A stretch of DNA of 64,000 nt from Salinispira sp. (GTDB lineage: Bacteria; Spirochaetota; Spirochaetia; DSM-27196; Salinispiraceae): the NCBI GenBank assembly GCA_965602015.1, contig OZ271918.1, positions 3,264,001 to 3,328,000 on the forward strand. Reading direction: 5' to 3'. A program made the position numbers and the translations under genes. This document shows positions 18,985-29,651 of the stretch, piece by piece. The notes under the pieces are model-generated. The model saw only the letters and a program-made list of their open reading frames with translations. It did not search any database and had not been told where the DNA came from. Position 1 is the stretch's first letter; the number at the start of each line of letters is the position of its first letter.

Positions 18985-19620
18985 ATGAGCGACCATACAA
19001 TACCGCTGATACTAACACAAAACAAACGAGAACGGGTCATTTCACGGGAAATCCGGACAGAAATAATCCGAAAAACCATACATATGCTCATCGCTTTCAC
19101 CCCGCTTCTTGCCCAGACCCTGGGCAGAAACATCACCGTGGGACTGCTCCTTTCAGGCATACTCATGTACACCGCGGCGGAGAGCCTTCGCCTTCACGGT
19201 AAGCGGGTCTTCCTCATCAGCCGGCTCACCAGGCTGTCTTCCCGCAAGCGGGATCAGGGACATTTTGTGCTGGCCCCGGTAACCCTCGGCTTCGGCGCCG
19301 TCCTGGCTCTTGCCCTGTACCCCGAACCCGCCGCCTCGGTTGCCATTTACGCCCTTGCATTCGGCGACGGCTTATCCAGTCTCTTCGGTAAAATATTCGG
19401 TACGGTCAAAATCCCCTTTACCGGCGGAAAATCCGTCGAGGGCAGTTTCACCTGCTTCACTGCCGTACTGTTTTCAAGTTTTATCGTTTTGCAGAACCTT
19501 CAGTTCGCATTGCTCATTGCCCTGTTCGCGACCTTTCTTGAAGCTCTTCCGACCAAGGACTTCGACAATCTGGTGCTTCCCGCCGGTACAGGACTATTTG
19601 CAGCCCTGCTGATTCTGTAA
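18985..19620 (+). CDS. Dolichol/phytol kinase-like (CTP-dependent polyprenol kinase) membrane protein
   Basis: EIIRKTIH, LAFGDGLSSLFG, GKSVEGS, DFDNL. Confidence 0.85.
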   Translation: MSDHTIPLILTQNKRERVISREIRTEIIRKTIHMLIAFTPLLAQTLGRNITVGLLLSGILMYTAAESLRLHGKRVFLISRLTRLSSRKRDQGHFVLAPVTLGFGAVLALALYPEPAASVAIYALAFGDGLSSLFGKIFGTVKIPFTGGKSVEGSFTCFTAVLFSSFIVLQNLQFALLIALFATFLEALPTKDFDNLVLPAGTGLFAALLIL

Positions 19621-19630
19621 GCCGAGCCCC

Positions 19631-20497
19631 TTAATACCAGAAATAATCGTAAAACAGCTGAATAAAGTAGAATGACAAGCCCACCGTCAACATGACGGCG
19701 CCAACCGTGGAAGACGCGGCTGTTGTACCAAAGTGAAAAACGCTGTGACCGATAAGGTACATCATCGAGAAAACCACTCGCGATAGTTCCCGCCTGCTAA
19801 AATTCTCCCAGAGGTGCGAAATATACCCGGCGAGGGTCAAGAGAAGAATTCCCCCGACGAACGAAAGAAATTCCGTAATAAACGCCGTTTGGAACATGAA
19901 GTTCGCATCGGTGCTTCCGGTCTCCATGGGAAGGGAGATGGCGATGAACACCGAGAGCGCGGCAATAATCGACATGGCGGTTCCCTGGTGCTGATATTTA
20001 ACACCGAGAAAATACAAACTGATGGTAAATCCGCTGAGCAGACCCATTATATACACGCCGACGCTGATCCGCGACAGCAGTATAATCAGAGACTGATAGG
20101 TCCCGAAGTATTGGAGAATGAGGCTGAGAACCTTAATCAGTTCGCCGGACAGACTGAACAGGAATATATAGAGGAAGAGCAGATGAGACGCGGTGATCCG
20201 GCGAAAAAACCGGATAAACAGTCCGGAAAACAACGCAGAAATCAGGAGCAGCACCGCCGAACTGGCAACCACCCTAATGACCTGCCCCGCATCGTCCCGG
20301 GACAAAACGTCGGAGACCACTGCGATACCCGAGAGGCTGTCGTTGGCTTCACTGGATATCAGGGGCGAAATAACGGCGCGCACCGGAAAAATTTCCGGGA
20401 AGAGAGCCCCCAATGCAAAAAAGAGCACCGCAAACGCGGCGCCGATTATCCAGATATAGGCAATCCAATAGATGAGCTGTCGGGTGCGCACCGTCAT
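19631..20497 (-). CDS. Hypothetical polytopic membrane protein
   Basis: 288 aa with about 8 hydrophobic segments; extended -10 TGcTATACT 6 nt before ATG. Confidence 0.75.
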   Translation of the reverse strand: MTVRTRQLIYWIAYIWIIGAAFAVLFFALGALFPEIFPVRAVISPLISSEANDSLSGIAVVSDVLSRDDAGQVIRVVASSAVLLLISALFSGLFIRFFRRITASHLLFLYIFLFSLSGELIKVLSLILQYFGTYQSLIILLSRISVGVYIMGLLSGFTISLYFLGVKYQHQGTAMSIIAALSVFIAISLPMETGSTDANFMFQTAFITEFLSFVGGILLLTLAGYISHLWENFSRRELSRVVFSMMYLIGHSVFHFGTTAASSTVGAVMLTVGLSFYFIQLFYDYFWY

Positions 20498-20578
20498 GAC
20501 ATGAGTATAGCATGTAGTCCGAAAGAAAATGCTACAGTATCGGTACGGACGTTCGATAAACTATATGGAGGTTCATCC

Positions 20579-21295
20579 ATGTTGTCACAATTTCGAAAAA
20601 TCAGGTGTTTGATTCCTGTTGCCATTGCGTTGTTGCTACTGACGGCAGCACCGCTCTTCGCGGGTGATGTGGCGTATTTCCTGAACCTCGGATTCAGCGA
20701 AGACAGTTCGGCCTTTATGTTCGGCCAGTACGGCATTGACGAGGAGACTTCGTACCCCTACGCGGAGAGCTATATCGTTGACGTGGCGGAAAACGAATTC
20801 GTCCCCGGCGGCACAGCCCAGATTATAGCGGACAGTCCGGCGGTTCCCGGTCAGGACGGAATCGGCGCCCTGTTCAACCTCACACGGCAACAGAACGAAA
20901 TCGTTGCCGAATACCGAATTGATCATCTCAATATGGGACGCCTTGTATACCTCTACATCAATGGAAGCGAACCCCGACGGCAAATACGTTTCCGTGATTT
21001 TAACACCGGCACCCGATACACAATAAACCTCGAACAAACCGTGAGGGGGAGTGAATCGTCCCCCGAGGCCGCCTTCCATATAAATTTCGCATCTGAAACT
21101 AGCGATGGCGGACGGGAGGCCAGGACCATCGGTTTGCCGAATTTCTACCGGAAAAATATCAACAACTACAATATCAAACAGGTCCTGCTTTCCCCCGACG
21201 GTAATTCGGTCATAATCGTCGTTGAAAAAATCCTCGATTACGAGGGCGGCAGATATCTGCGCTACATGGTTGAAACTGCCCGACTTAACAACTAA
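20579..21295 (+). CDS. DUF2259-like secreted protein
   Basis: GGAGG RBS before MLSQFRK; signal peptide then [25 protein letters not shown]-terminal RYMVET. Confidence 0.75.
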   Translation: MLSQFRKIRCLIPVAIALLLLTAAPLFAGDVAYFLNLGFSEDSSAFMFGQYGIDEETSYPYAESYIVDVAENEFVPGGTAQIIADSPAVPGQDGIGALFNLTRQQNEIVAEYRIDHLNMGRLVYLYINGSEPRRQIRFRDFNTGTRYTINLEQTVRGSESSPEAAFHINFASETSDGGREARTIGLPNFYRKNINNYNIKQVLLSPDGNSVIIVVEKILDYEGGRYLRYMVETARLNN

Positions 21296-21306
21296 TATCC
21301 TCTGTT

Positions 21307-22761
21307 ATGGCAGAGAAAATAACTCCTCGAGAAGAAAACTATTCGGACTGGTATATCGATATCGTCACCCAGGCAAAACTCGCGGACTACAGTCCCGTTC
21401 GGGGCTCAATGGTCATAAGGCCCCGGGGTTACGCGATCTGGGAAAAGGTGCAGTCCAGCCTGGACCGGATGTTCAAGGAGACCGGGCATCAAAACGCCTA
21501 TTTCCCCCTCCTGATCCCCGAGGAGTTCATGCGCCGGGAAGCCGAGCACGTCGAGGGCTTCGCCCCCGAGCTCGCCGTCGTTACCCATGGCGGCGGTCAG
21601 GAGCTCGAGGAGCCGCTGGTAATCCGGCCCACTTCGGAAACCATCATCTGGAGCATGTACAATAAGTGGATCCAATCCTACCGCGACCTGCCGCTTTTAA
21701 TAAACCAATGGGCCAACGTGATGCGCTGGGAAAAGCGGACCAGACTGTTTCTCCGCACCAGCGAGTTCCTCTGGCAGGAGGGGCATACGGCCCACGCCAG
21801 CGCCGAGGAAGCTGAAAACGAAACCAAAACCATGCTCGAGGTGTACAAAACCTTTGCCGAAGAGTACATGGCCCTTCCGGTTCTCACGGGAGTAAAAAGC
21901 GAAAGCGAGAAATTCGCCGGAGCTGTCGCCACCTATGCCATTGAAGCGATGATGCAGGACGGCAAAGCCCTGCAGGCGGGAACCAGCCATTTCCTCGGAC
22001 AGAATTTCGCCAAGGCCTTCGACGTTACCTTTCAGAATAAAGAGGGAAAGCTCGACCACGTGTGGGCCTCCAGTTGGGGAGTATCTACCAGGCTGATAGG
22101 CGCGCTGATAATGGCTCACTCGGATGACAGCGGGCTCATCCTTCCTCCCAAACTCGCCCCCACCCAGGTTGTCGTGGTTCCCATCTACCGGAACAAGACC
22201 AAAGATGAGGTGATGGACTACAGCGACAAGATTTACGGCGAAATAAAAGAACGTCTCGGAGGACTTCCCCAGACCGTTCAAATGGACACCGATGAGCAAA
22301 ATTCTCCGGGCTGGAAATTCGCCGAGTATGAAATGATCGGCATACCGATCCGCATCGAAATCGGCCCGAGAGACATGGAAAACCGGAAGGTCATGCTGGT
22401 ACGCCGGGATACAAAAGAAAAAATTCTCATGGATGCCGAGAAGGTGGCTGACGCAATTCCCGGCATACTGGAAGATATCCAAAAAGGCCTGTACGAGCGG
22501 GCTAAAAAATTCCGTGACGACAACACGCGAACCGCCTCCAGCTACGAAGAATTCGTTGAAATATTTTCCGGAGACGGCGGCGCCGGCTTCGTCATCGCTC
22601 CCTGGAACGGCAGTCCGGAGGTCGAAGCGAAAATCAAAGCTGAAACCAAGGCGACCATCCGGGTTCTTCCCTTCGGAAACGAGGATGAGGCCCGGGGGAA
22701 GACCTGTATTTTCTCCGGAGAAAGTGCTCGCCACATGGCGGTATTCGCACGGGCATATTAA
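21307..22761 (+). CDS. proS: Proline--tRNA ligase, archaeal/eukaryote-like type
   Basis: [45 protein letters not shown], terminal FARAY. Confidence 0.97.
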   Translation: MAEKITPREENYSDWYIDIVTQAKLADYSPVRGSMVIRPRGYAIWEKVQSSLDRMFKETGHQNAYFPLLIPEEFMRREAEHVEGFAPELAVVTHGGGQELEEPLVIRPTSETIIWSMYNKWIQSYRDLPLLINQWANVMRWEKRTRLFLRTSEFLWQEGHTAHASAEEAENETKTMLEVYKTFAEEYMALPVLTGVKSESEKFAGAVATYAIEAMMQDGKALQAGTSHFLGQNFAKAFDVTFQNKEGKLDHVWASSWGVSTRLIGALIMAHSDDSGLILPPKLAPTQVVVVPIYRNKTKDEVMDYSDKIYGEIKERLGGLPQTVQMDTDEQNSPGWKFAEYEMIGIPIRIEIGPRDMENRKVMLVRRDTKEKILMDAEKVADAIPGILEDIQKGLYERAKKFRDDNTRTASSYEEFVEIFSGDGGAGFVIAPWNGSPEVEAKIKAETKATIRVLPFGNEDEARGKTCIFSGESARHMAVFARAY

Positions 22762-22770
22762 GAGGAAGCC

Positions 22771-23256
22771 ATGAAAAACTGTCCGTGCGGAAGCGGCAAA
22801 CCCTTTGCCCCGTGCTGCCAGCCTTTTCTGGACGGCAGCGCCGAGGCTCCCAGCGCCGAAGCCCTTATGAGATCCCGGTACAGCGCATATGTCCGGAACA
22901 ACATTGATTACATAATTAAGACCCACAACCCCGACACCCGGGACGGTCTCGATGTGGAGGCAACCAGGACCTGGGCTGAAGAATCCGAATGGCGCGGGCT
23001 GGAGATAATTCGCTGCGAGGACGGCTCAGAGGGCGACGAAACCGGACTTGTTGAGTTCAAGGCCTCCTACCTGCAAAACGGCGAAGAGCTGCGGCACCAC
23101 GAAGTCAGTTATTTCAAACGGGTCGGCGGGTCCTGGTTTTTCGATGAGGGATACCCGGCGCGTGATACCTACGTCAGGAAAGAACCAAAAATCGGAAGAA
23201 ACGATCCCTGCCCCTGCGGCAGCGGTAAAAAATATAAAAAATGCTGCGGAAGGTAA
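22771..23256 (+). CDS. ychJ: YchJ family protein with N- and C-terminal SEC-C motifs
   Basis: [39 protein letters not shown]. Confidence 0.92.
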   Translation: MKNCPCGSGKPFAPCCQPFLDGSAEAPSAEALMRSRYSAYVRNNIDYIIKTHNPDTRDGLDVEATRTWAEESEWRGLEIIRCEDGSEGDETGLVEFKASYLQNGEELRHHEVSYFKRVGGSWFFDEGYPARDTYVRKEPKIGRNDPCPCGSGKKYKKCCGR

Positions 23257-24314
23257 GTGTAGCGGTCGTTCTGTTCCTGTTTGCCTCCGGCTTTGTGGTA
23301 AACGCCTCCGGTGGCCGGGAAATAGCCGTGGGCATAGGTTTCGCCGACTACATCTTTCCATCAGCCCAGGACGGGAAGGTCAGAGCCTTCGCGACTGACA
23401 TGGTATTTACCGATCAGCCCAGTGAATTTGTGTATCAGACCCGCAATGGCAGCATTGTTACCCGCAAGATTTATTACCTGCATTCGAGAACCATCACCAC
23501 CGAAACCTGGGATATTTCCGGCTCGCACATACGCTTAACCGGCCTGCAGCAACAGGTGTATCTGGATGATAAGCCGGTAATAGCCGAAGTGGAGTTCCCG
23601 GATAACGGATTAATCCACAACATGTCGATGACCTTCATGGGCATCGGAGATCAGACGGGCCGGCCGGTGTACGCCGAAGAGGAACGGGTAATCAGCCTGG
23701 AGGAATCGTATTTTCACAACGAACAGGGCGATGTGCAAAGCGGCATAGTAATTGAGACCGCAGGCTCATACCGGGGCCCGGAGTTTGATTGGGAATCTGT
23801 GGCGATGGAATCGTTTTACCAGTACATTCTCGGTCTCGGCCTGGTGTATTCAAGCAACATCGACGAAGACGGTTGGGGCCGCAGTATACGTTACCAGGAC
23901 AGCATGAGTCTCGGGGAGTTCATGGAGATATGGACCGGCCGACGGGATCCCGGTGGCAAACGTGAATCCGGCGATGCGGATCTTATCCGGGTGTACATTC
24001 CCGCCAAATGGAACGACTGGTCCACTGTAGACGAAATGACTCAGGTTTCCGAGAATCTGTATTCCTTCAGGAAATGGTTTTTGCCCGATCGGACATACGA
24101 GTTCAGATTTTGGGACGGAAGCTGGCAGAGCACATATAATCTTACTGTCTCTCCCGACAATCACGCTGCAGATATTATTACGGGGTTCCCGGGCTATGCG
24201 TACGGAAATATTCCGCTCAAGGTACCGGTTGCAGGATACTACCGGATACTCTATCAACGGGAAGAGGGCATATACTGGATTGAAGGGCCTCTCACCCGGA
24301 ATTCCCCTCAGTAA
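23241..24314 (+). CDS. Hypothetical secreted protein with C-terminal carbohydrate-binding-like module
   Basis: Signal peptide; Trp-rich C-terminal [11 protein letters not shown]...[10 protein letters not shown]...GYYRILY. Confidence 0.6.
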   Translation: MLRKVSVAVVLFLFASGFVVNASGGREIAVGIGFADYIFPSAQDGKVRAFATDMVFTDQPSEFVYQTRNGSIVTRKIYYLHSRTITTETWDISGSHIRLTGLQQQVYLDDKPVIAEVEFPDNGLIHNMSMTFMGIGDQTGRPVYAEEERVISLEESYFHNEQGDVQSGIVIETAGSYRGPEFDWESVAMESFYQYILGLGLVYSSNIDEDGWGRSIRYQDSMSLGEFMEIWTGRRDPGGKRESGDADLIRVYIPAKWNDWSTVDEMTQVSENLYSFRKWFLPDRTYEFRFWDGSWQSTYNLTVSPDNHAADIITGFPGYAYGNIPLKVPVAGYYRILYQREEGIYWIEGPLTRNSPQ

Positions 24315-24373
24315 CGCCCACACACACTCTCTTACCTCGCCGCGGTTTTCTTTTGTGCCGGATTTTGCTATTT

Positions 24374-24391
24374 TATTTAGTATACTAAATA
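24374..24391 (+). promoter_or_regulatory. Perfect 18-bp palindrome overlapping a -10-like TATACT
   Basis: TATTTAGTA|TACTAAATA, 20 nt before ATG 24412. Confidence 0.6.
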
Positions 24392-24411
24392 TTTTCAAAA
24401 CTGGAGCCACC

Positions 24412-25755
24412 ATGAAATCATCCGGAAGAACACCGCTGCTGCGAGCAAAAAAGATTGAGTCGATGTTCGGGCTCGGCGAAGTATACCTTAAGTTGGAAGG
24501 TGCAAATCCGCACGGTCATAAGTTCGACCGCATCGGGGAAACTATCGTCCGGGATGCCCTGGCCGGCGGTTTCTCGTCAATCATCGCCGACGGCCCTCGC
24601 CGGTATCTGCACTGTCTGAAGCAATTCGCCGATGAACGGGAAATCGGGCTGCTCGTGCCCCTCTTTCCAAACCAGGCGTGGAAGCGCCAGGATTTCGCAG
24701 AGAATGAGCTCATAGACCTCAAGCGCACAGGCTCTGAAGACAGGGTCGGGGCAATCGAAAGAATATGCACAGAACGAAACTGCTATAACGGTGCGACGGG
24801 TTACCATAATTCTCACCTATCTATCCTCGCACTCGAAGAAATCGGCGAAGAACTGGTTGAGCGACTCGACGACATTACCACCGTATTCGCCCAGCTGAGC
24901 TACGGCTACACGGTATCGAGCCTTTACAACTCCTTTTTCCGCGGATGGACACGGGGAGAATTGGATCGGTATCCGAAAATTTATTCCTGCACGATTCCCA
25001 AAGGAAACCGCATTTATGAGGACTACAAGAAGCAAAACGGAATTGACGGGATCGATGATTACGAAATCAAACTCAATAAATACACCAAAGAACTGTACAT
25101 CGAGAACACTCAGCTTCTTGAGGATTCGCTGGGGGCCATACGAGATACTAACGGGCAAATTGTCAGCATAGATGAGAAGACTCTAAAAGAAGCATCGAAC
25201 GACCTTCGAAAAAGCGAGATGCTCAGCGTCTCGGCGGAGGAATGCTACGGCTTCGCCGGATTTTACAAACTTGCCAAGGAGGGCAGGCTCGAAAAAGGAA
25301 GGCATGTGGTAATCCTCAACGACGGACGGGCCGACATCGATATCCAACGGATTGAGGATTTTTCAGAACATTCGTCGGAGGAACTGCTCGCCTTTGTCGA
25401 TACCTTTCTCCAGCAATACGGCGACCCGGAACATGAAATGCGCGACGCCATTGCTCACGCGGTTTCCCGGGGTGCAATATTTTTGGCTAAAATGAACGGA
25501 GAAATCCAGGGGATCACCGTTGTTGTCCATACGGGGTTTGAAGAGTTTCTCCCAAAATACCACCTGGCGTATATTGGTACTAAACCCGGCCGGAAAGGAC
25601 GGGGAATTGCCAGCAGCCTCATAGAACAGGTTATTGCCTTCACCGAGGGCAACGTGTCATTACACGTAGATCTGGATAATTCCCGGGCTCGAAAGCTGTA
25701 TGAAAAATTCGGATTCAAGACAAAGTACTTCAGAATGATGTATGCCGGAGGGTAA
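24412..25755 (+). CDS. Threonine-synthase-like (PLP fold II) domain with degenerate motifs, fused to a C-terminal GNAT acetyltransferase
   Basis: GRTPLLRA..YLKLEGANPHGHKFDR; GNAT RKGRGIA and LHVDLDNSRARKLYEKFGF; GGAG RBS before MKSSG. Confidence 0.85.
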   Translation: MKSSGRTPLLRAKKIESMFGLGEVYLKLEGANPHGHKFDRIGETIVRDALAGGFSSIIADGPRRYLHCLKQFADEREIGLLVPLFPNQAWKRQDFAENELIDLKRTGSEDRVGAIERICTERNCYNGATGYHNSHLSILALEEIGEELVERLDDITTVFAQLSYGYTVSSLYNSFFRGWTRGELDRYPKIYSCTIPKGNRIYEDYKKQNGIDGIDDYEIKLNKYTKELYIENTQLLEDSLGAIRDTNGQIVSIDEKTLKEASNDLRKSEMLSVSAEECYGFAGFYKLAKEGRLEKGRHVVILNDGRADIDIQRIEDFSEHSSEELLAFVDTFLQQYGDPEHEMRDAIAHAVSRGAIFLAKMNGEIQGITVVVHTGFEEFLPKYHLAYIGTKPGRKGRGIASSLIEQVIAFTEGNVSLHVDLDNSRARKLYEKFGFKTKYFRMMYAGG

Positions 25756-25757
25756 TT

Positions 25758-27431
25758 ATGAACACCCTGACTGATGCCGGGGAGTATCCATGGCAGGAGC
25801 AGATTGAACCCCTCTTTTTACGACTGGTGGCTGTAAAAAGCGATTCAAATACCGCCTTCGAAGGCATTATCGAGGAACTAATTCTAAGCTGGTTAAAAGG
25901 CCGGAAGTACTTCACCGAACATCCCGCACACACGGGTTCTGCCCCACTGCAGGGAGATATGCACAACCGAAGGGTTCTATGGGGATTGGTGAAGGGCCGG
26001 GGGGCTAAAACCGTCGTGCTGATACATCATCACGATACCGTCGACACGGCGGATTACGGAAAATTACGGGACCTGGCCCTCCGCCCGGATGAGCTTGCTG
26101 CTGCCCTCTCTCAACGGCGGCTTCAGCCGGCTGTCCGCGCCGACCTGGAGTCCGGCAGATGGTTATTCGGCAGGGGAACCGCGGACATGAAAGCCGGAGC
26201 CGCAATTCAGCTCGCAGCCCTGGACAGATTTTCCCAGGAGTCCGAACCGGAGGGAAATTTGCTGGTGCTCAGCGTTCCCGATGAGGAGTCCCTTTCAAGG
26301 GGCATGCTCGAGGCGGTAAGGCTTATGGATGACCTTCGGAAAGAACACGGCCTGGAGTATATCCTGACGGTAAATTCCGAACCCTATTTCAACCAGGTGC
26401 GCGGCAAGGCAATCCTCTTCGAGGGATCGGTGGGAAAAGTTATGCCCATTGTCTATGTCCGTGGAGTCAAAAGTCATGTTGGGGACCCCTATGCGGGAAT
26501 TAATCCCTCCCTCATTCTGGCTAATATTCAGAGGCTCACGGAGCTCAATACCGAATTGTGCGATGTTTCAGACACCGACGCCACTCCCCCGCCGGTGTGG
26601 GTGAATCTCAAGGATCGGAAAAAAGCCTACGATGCCTCTATTCCGGAGGCCGCAACGGGATACTTCAACTGGCTCACCTTCAACAAAACTCCTGCTGATA
26701 TCATCGAGATTATGATGGACCTTTCTTCAAGGGCTCTGAACGAAACCCTGTCCCATCACTCGGCTTCTTACCGCACGTTCTGCGAAATGACCGGGGACAA
26801 ACCTGACCTGGCGGATTTCGAGCCGCTGGTGTTGGATTTTGCCACCCTGTTTGCCCGGGCCCGGGAGCATGCCGGCAATGGTTTTTCCGAAGAGTACCGG
26901 TCCCTTGAGCAGTCGGTCGCAGACATGGTGGACCGGTCCCAGATTACGCTCCCTGAGGCAGCTATCAGACTACTGGAGTTCTGTGCAGAGGCGTCAGACC
27001 TTCAGGGGCCCGCCGTGGTCATCGGGCTGTCCGGCCCCTATTACCCTCATGTGGCAAACGCGAATCTGCCCGATGGATCCAGATATGATTTGCACAGACG
27101 TGTTGATGAGATGAGCAGACAGCTTTATGGAGTCAGCTATGAGTCCCGAAAATACTTTATGGGGATTTCCGACACTTCGTATGCATCATGGACCGGAGAT
27201 GACGAATCGACCAATGCCGTAAAGGAGAACAGTCCGGGTTGGGGCGGCATTTATCGAATTCCGTTTGCCTCACTGAAAAAACTGAATTCCCCGGTTCTCA
27301 ACCTTGGTCCATGGGGAAAGGATCTCCACAAACCCACGGAAAGGGTATTCGCCCCCGATGTGTATAATCGGGTACCGGAAATCCTCTATAGACTCATCGC
27401 GGATATCCTGGGAGAAACCGGCCCTTCATGA
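25758..27431 (+). CDS. RocB-like M20/M25/M40 metallohydrolase
   Basis: HHHDTVD, FGRGTADMKAG, VPDEE, NSEP, GPWGKDLHKPTERV; starts 2 nt after the upstream stop. Confidence 0.88.
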   Translation: MNTLTDAGEYPWQEQIEPLFLRLVAVKSDSNTAFEGIIEELILSWLKGRKYFTEHPAHTGSAPLQGDMHNRRVLWGLVKGRGAKTVVLIHHHDTVDTADYGKLRDLALRPDELAAALSQRRLQPAVRADLESGRWLFGRGTADMKAGAAIQLAALDRFSQESEPEGNLLVLSVPDEESLSRGMLEAVRLMDDLRKEHGLEYILTVNSEPYFNQVRGKAILFEGSVGKVMPIVYVRGVKSHVGDPYAGINPSLILANIQRLTELNTELCDVSDTDATPPPVWVNLKDRKKAYDASIPEAATGYFNWLTFNKTPADIIEIMMDLSSRALNETLSHHSASYRTFCEMTGDKPDLADFEPLVLDFATLFARAREHAGNGFSEEYRSLEQSVADMVDRSQITLPEAAIRLLEFCAEASDLQGPAVVIGLSGPYYPHVANANLPDGSRYDLHRRVDEMSRQLYGVSYESRKYFMGISDTSYASWTGDDESTNAVKENSPGWGGIYRIPFASLKKLNSPVLNLGPWGKDLHKPTERVFAPDVYNRVPEILYRLIADILGETGPS

Positions 27432-27566
27432 CCTGCGGCGCCTGATGTGAAGCAAACGCGTGACCAGCGGCGGTCCTCGAAACGAAGACCTGTTCACTCA
27501 ATGGGGATTTTCCCCAAGGGCAGGAAGGCGCTGGTTTTTTATTAGGCTGATGTTATACTTCTTAGT

Positions 27567-28301
27567 ATGAAAACCGGCATCGCCGCTTTAGCGCTACTAT
27601 TCGCCCTCGCCGTTCCCTTTAGCGGTTTTGCACAGGAAGATCAGCCCCAAGAGGATGTTCCCGGCTCACCGGCCGCCGCGGTCGAATTCACTCTACAATT
27701 GCGAAGCGGCTTACATTGGCAGGGCCAGAGCGAGGGCACCACCGGAGATCCGGAAAGCGGCGATTTTCCCAACGGCATATCGACAAGTCAGTGGTTTAAC
27801 CACGGAGGCGTGGGGCTGATAATCGGAATACAGCCCTTTCTGAATTTTTCACCGTCGCTTGATTTTTACGTGGATGAATACATCTTTCTGGAAGAGTATG
27901 GCAGAGCCTTTATTACTCAGGCGCAGACCGGGAGCAGTCTCGGGCCATTGGCGACGGTTCTGGTGGTTCAGCTCAATCTCCCCTGGATGATGCGCCTTCC
28001 GCTCAGTGAAAATGCCGGCTTTGACTTTGCGGCCGGCATCAATATAAATCTTCGTATTCCGGCCTTTGCCCTCGACGGAACCAGCGACACCGGACCAATC
28101 GCTTCCTATCTGCTGGGCGGCGGGCGCTTCTTGAATTTGTACCTGGAGCCGGGGTTTTCCTTCGGCCTCTCCGAGTCCATCGGGTTCAGCCTGGCTGTCC
28201 GCAGCCTATTGCCGGTCTGGCAGCTCTGGGACCCCGCCGGTTCACCGTTCTGGGACAGTCTGTACGCCGGCCTTGTGCTGGGAATTACATTTAATCTTTA
28301 G
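27567..28301 (+). CDS. Hypothetical exported protein, possible outer-membrane beta-barrel
   Basis: Signal peptide (..GFA/QE), amphipathic beta-type segments, terminal LGITFNL. Confidence 0.65.
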   Translation: MKTGIAALALLFALAVPFSGFAQEDQPQEDVPGSPAAAVEFTLQLRSGLHWQGQSEGTTGDPESGDFPNGISTSQWFNHGGVGLIIGIQPFLNFSPSLDFYVDEYIFLEEYGRAFITQAQTGSSLGPLATVLVVQLNLPWMMRLPLSENAGFDFAAGININLRIPAFALDGTSDTGPIASYLLGGGRFLNLYLEPGFSFGLSESIGFSLAVRSLLPVWQLWDPAGSPFWDSLYAGLVLGITFNL

Positions 28302-28358
28302 CCTGCAGCCCCGTGCATCCAGATCCGAGCCTCGGCCATCAGCCGAAAGAAGAGAACA

Positions 28359-29597
28359 CTAGTTTCGCATTTCGCGTACCGAGGCATTCTCAATCAGCGA
28401 TTCGTGATCTGCTACGAGCTGGGTATTCATCAGCACGACCATGACATCCAGTAACACCGCAATTGAAGTGAGAATAGGGGCAATAGGCAGAAGAATGAGG
28501 AAGCCCTCCTCCAGTCCCTGCCCATACCAGGTAGAAATTACCGAAAGGCTGACCACCATGGCGTTGCCCGGAACCGTGCCGAGCATAAAACTAATGAGGA
28601 TGCTGCTACCCATAATCCACAGATATTGAAGCAGGGATATATCGAGACTGGAATATGATCTGAGTATGAGAATAAAACTGATGGTGGTGACCAACGCGGT
28701 TCCGCTGCGGCTGAATATCGCTCCGAGGGGCATGGCGGAATAGCTCGCTTTCCGGTTGATCCTCATATTCTCACCGGCAACACCTATTGCTGAACCCAGG
28801 GTGTAATACATATCCCCGGAAAGCAGGGACGATAGGGCGGTCGGCATGGCAGAGAACAGCCAGGCGTAGGGGTTGCGCTTTCTGTCGCCCAGCAAAAACA
28901 CAATCCCCGGCAGCAACGCGAAAATCACGAACAGCGCCGCCCCCAACACAACAAGCAGAAGCTGACTGAACAGTTCGAGGTCTGCCATGCCCCTCAGCTG
29001 GGTGGTCCGATAGGCGGTCATAAAAAAGATTCCCACACTCAGAATCTCAAGCATAATGCGGTTCATTGAGAAAACTACCCGGGACAGGCTCTCGAAAATA
29101 TCGACAACAGGTGCGGAAATCGATCGGTTATACAGGAGTCCCAGGCCCAGGAGAATGGCAAAAATAAAGACCGGCAGAAGAAAATCGCCGCTGTTGCTGA
29201 AAATTGAAAACAGGTTTTTCGGGAAAACCTGAGTGAGCTGCTCTCCAAAACCCGGGAGATTCCGCACCTCGGTTTCCTCGATAATTATGGGCACCCTTTC
29301 AGGTGAAAAAACAGCGACAAAAACCGCCGCAATAACGCTGGCCGCGCCGGCAGACAGCATGGAATACCCCATCATCCGTCCGTACAGCGGGAGAAATTTT
29401 TTCTCCATCCACAATTCGTAACTGCTAATTACCAGCCCGAAAAAAACCAGGGGGAATACCAGGTAGCGTCCGATGTGCAATACATAATTGTTAACTGTGA
29501 CAAAAAAGACTTCGGTATCGCCGCCGTTCAACGGGAGAAAAAGACCAAGAATTGCACCGAGGGAGGCGCCGATGAGATATTTAAGCCAAAGTTTCAT
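28359..29597 (-). CDS. Dicarboxylate/amino acid:cation symporter (DAACS) family protein, divergent
   Basis: LVFPLVF, VFPKNLF, LPVFIFAILLG, PLGAIF, C-terminal ILLPIAPIL...LDV; promoter TTGCCC-N17-TAATCT. Confidence 0.75.
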   Translation of the reverse strand: MKLWLKYLIGASLGAILGLFLPLNGGDTEVFFVTVNNYVLHIGRYLVFPLVFFGLVISSYELWMEKKFLPLYGRMMGYSMLSAGAASVIAAVFVAVFSPERVPIIIEETEVRNLPGFGEQLTQVFPKNLFSIFSNSGDFLLPVFIFAILLGLGLLYNRSISAPVVDIFESLSRVVFSMNRIMLEILSVGIFFMTAYRTTQLRGMADLELFSQLLLVVLGAALFVIFALLPGIVFLLGDRKRNPYAWLFSAMPTALSSLLSGDMYYTLGSAIGVAGENMRINRKASYSAMPLGAIFSRSGTALVTTISFILILRSYSSLDISLLQYLWIMGSSILISFMLGTVPGNAMVVSLSVISTWYGQGLEEGFLILLPIAPILTSIAVLLDVMVVLMNTQLVADHESLIENASVREMRN

Positions 29598-29651
29598 ACA
29601 TGGAGATTACCTCAAAGCAAGGTCGAGGGCAATGCTCAGTTCGCAGTCCGA

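Noticed and set aside
19814..20578. N-terminal extensions given by the ORF track (19814, 24196, 42731, 45081, 11427, 7404, 63028)
   Set aside because: They overlap neighbouring genes or promoters. Downstream starts have RBSs or coupling overlaps and match family N-termini.
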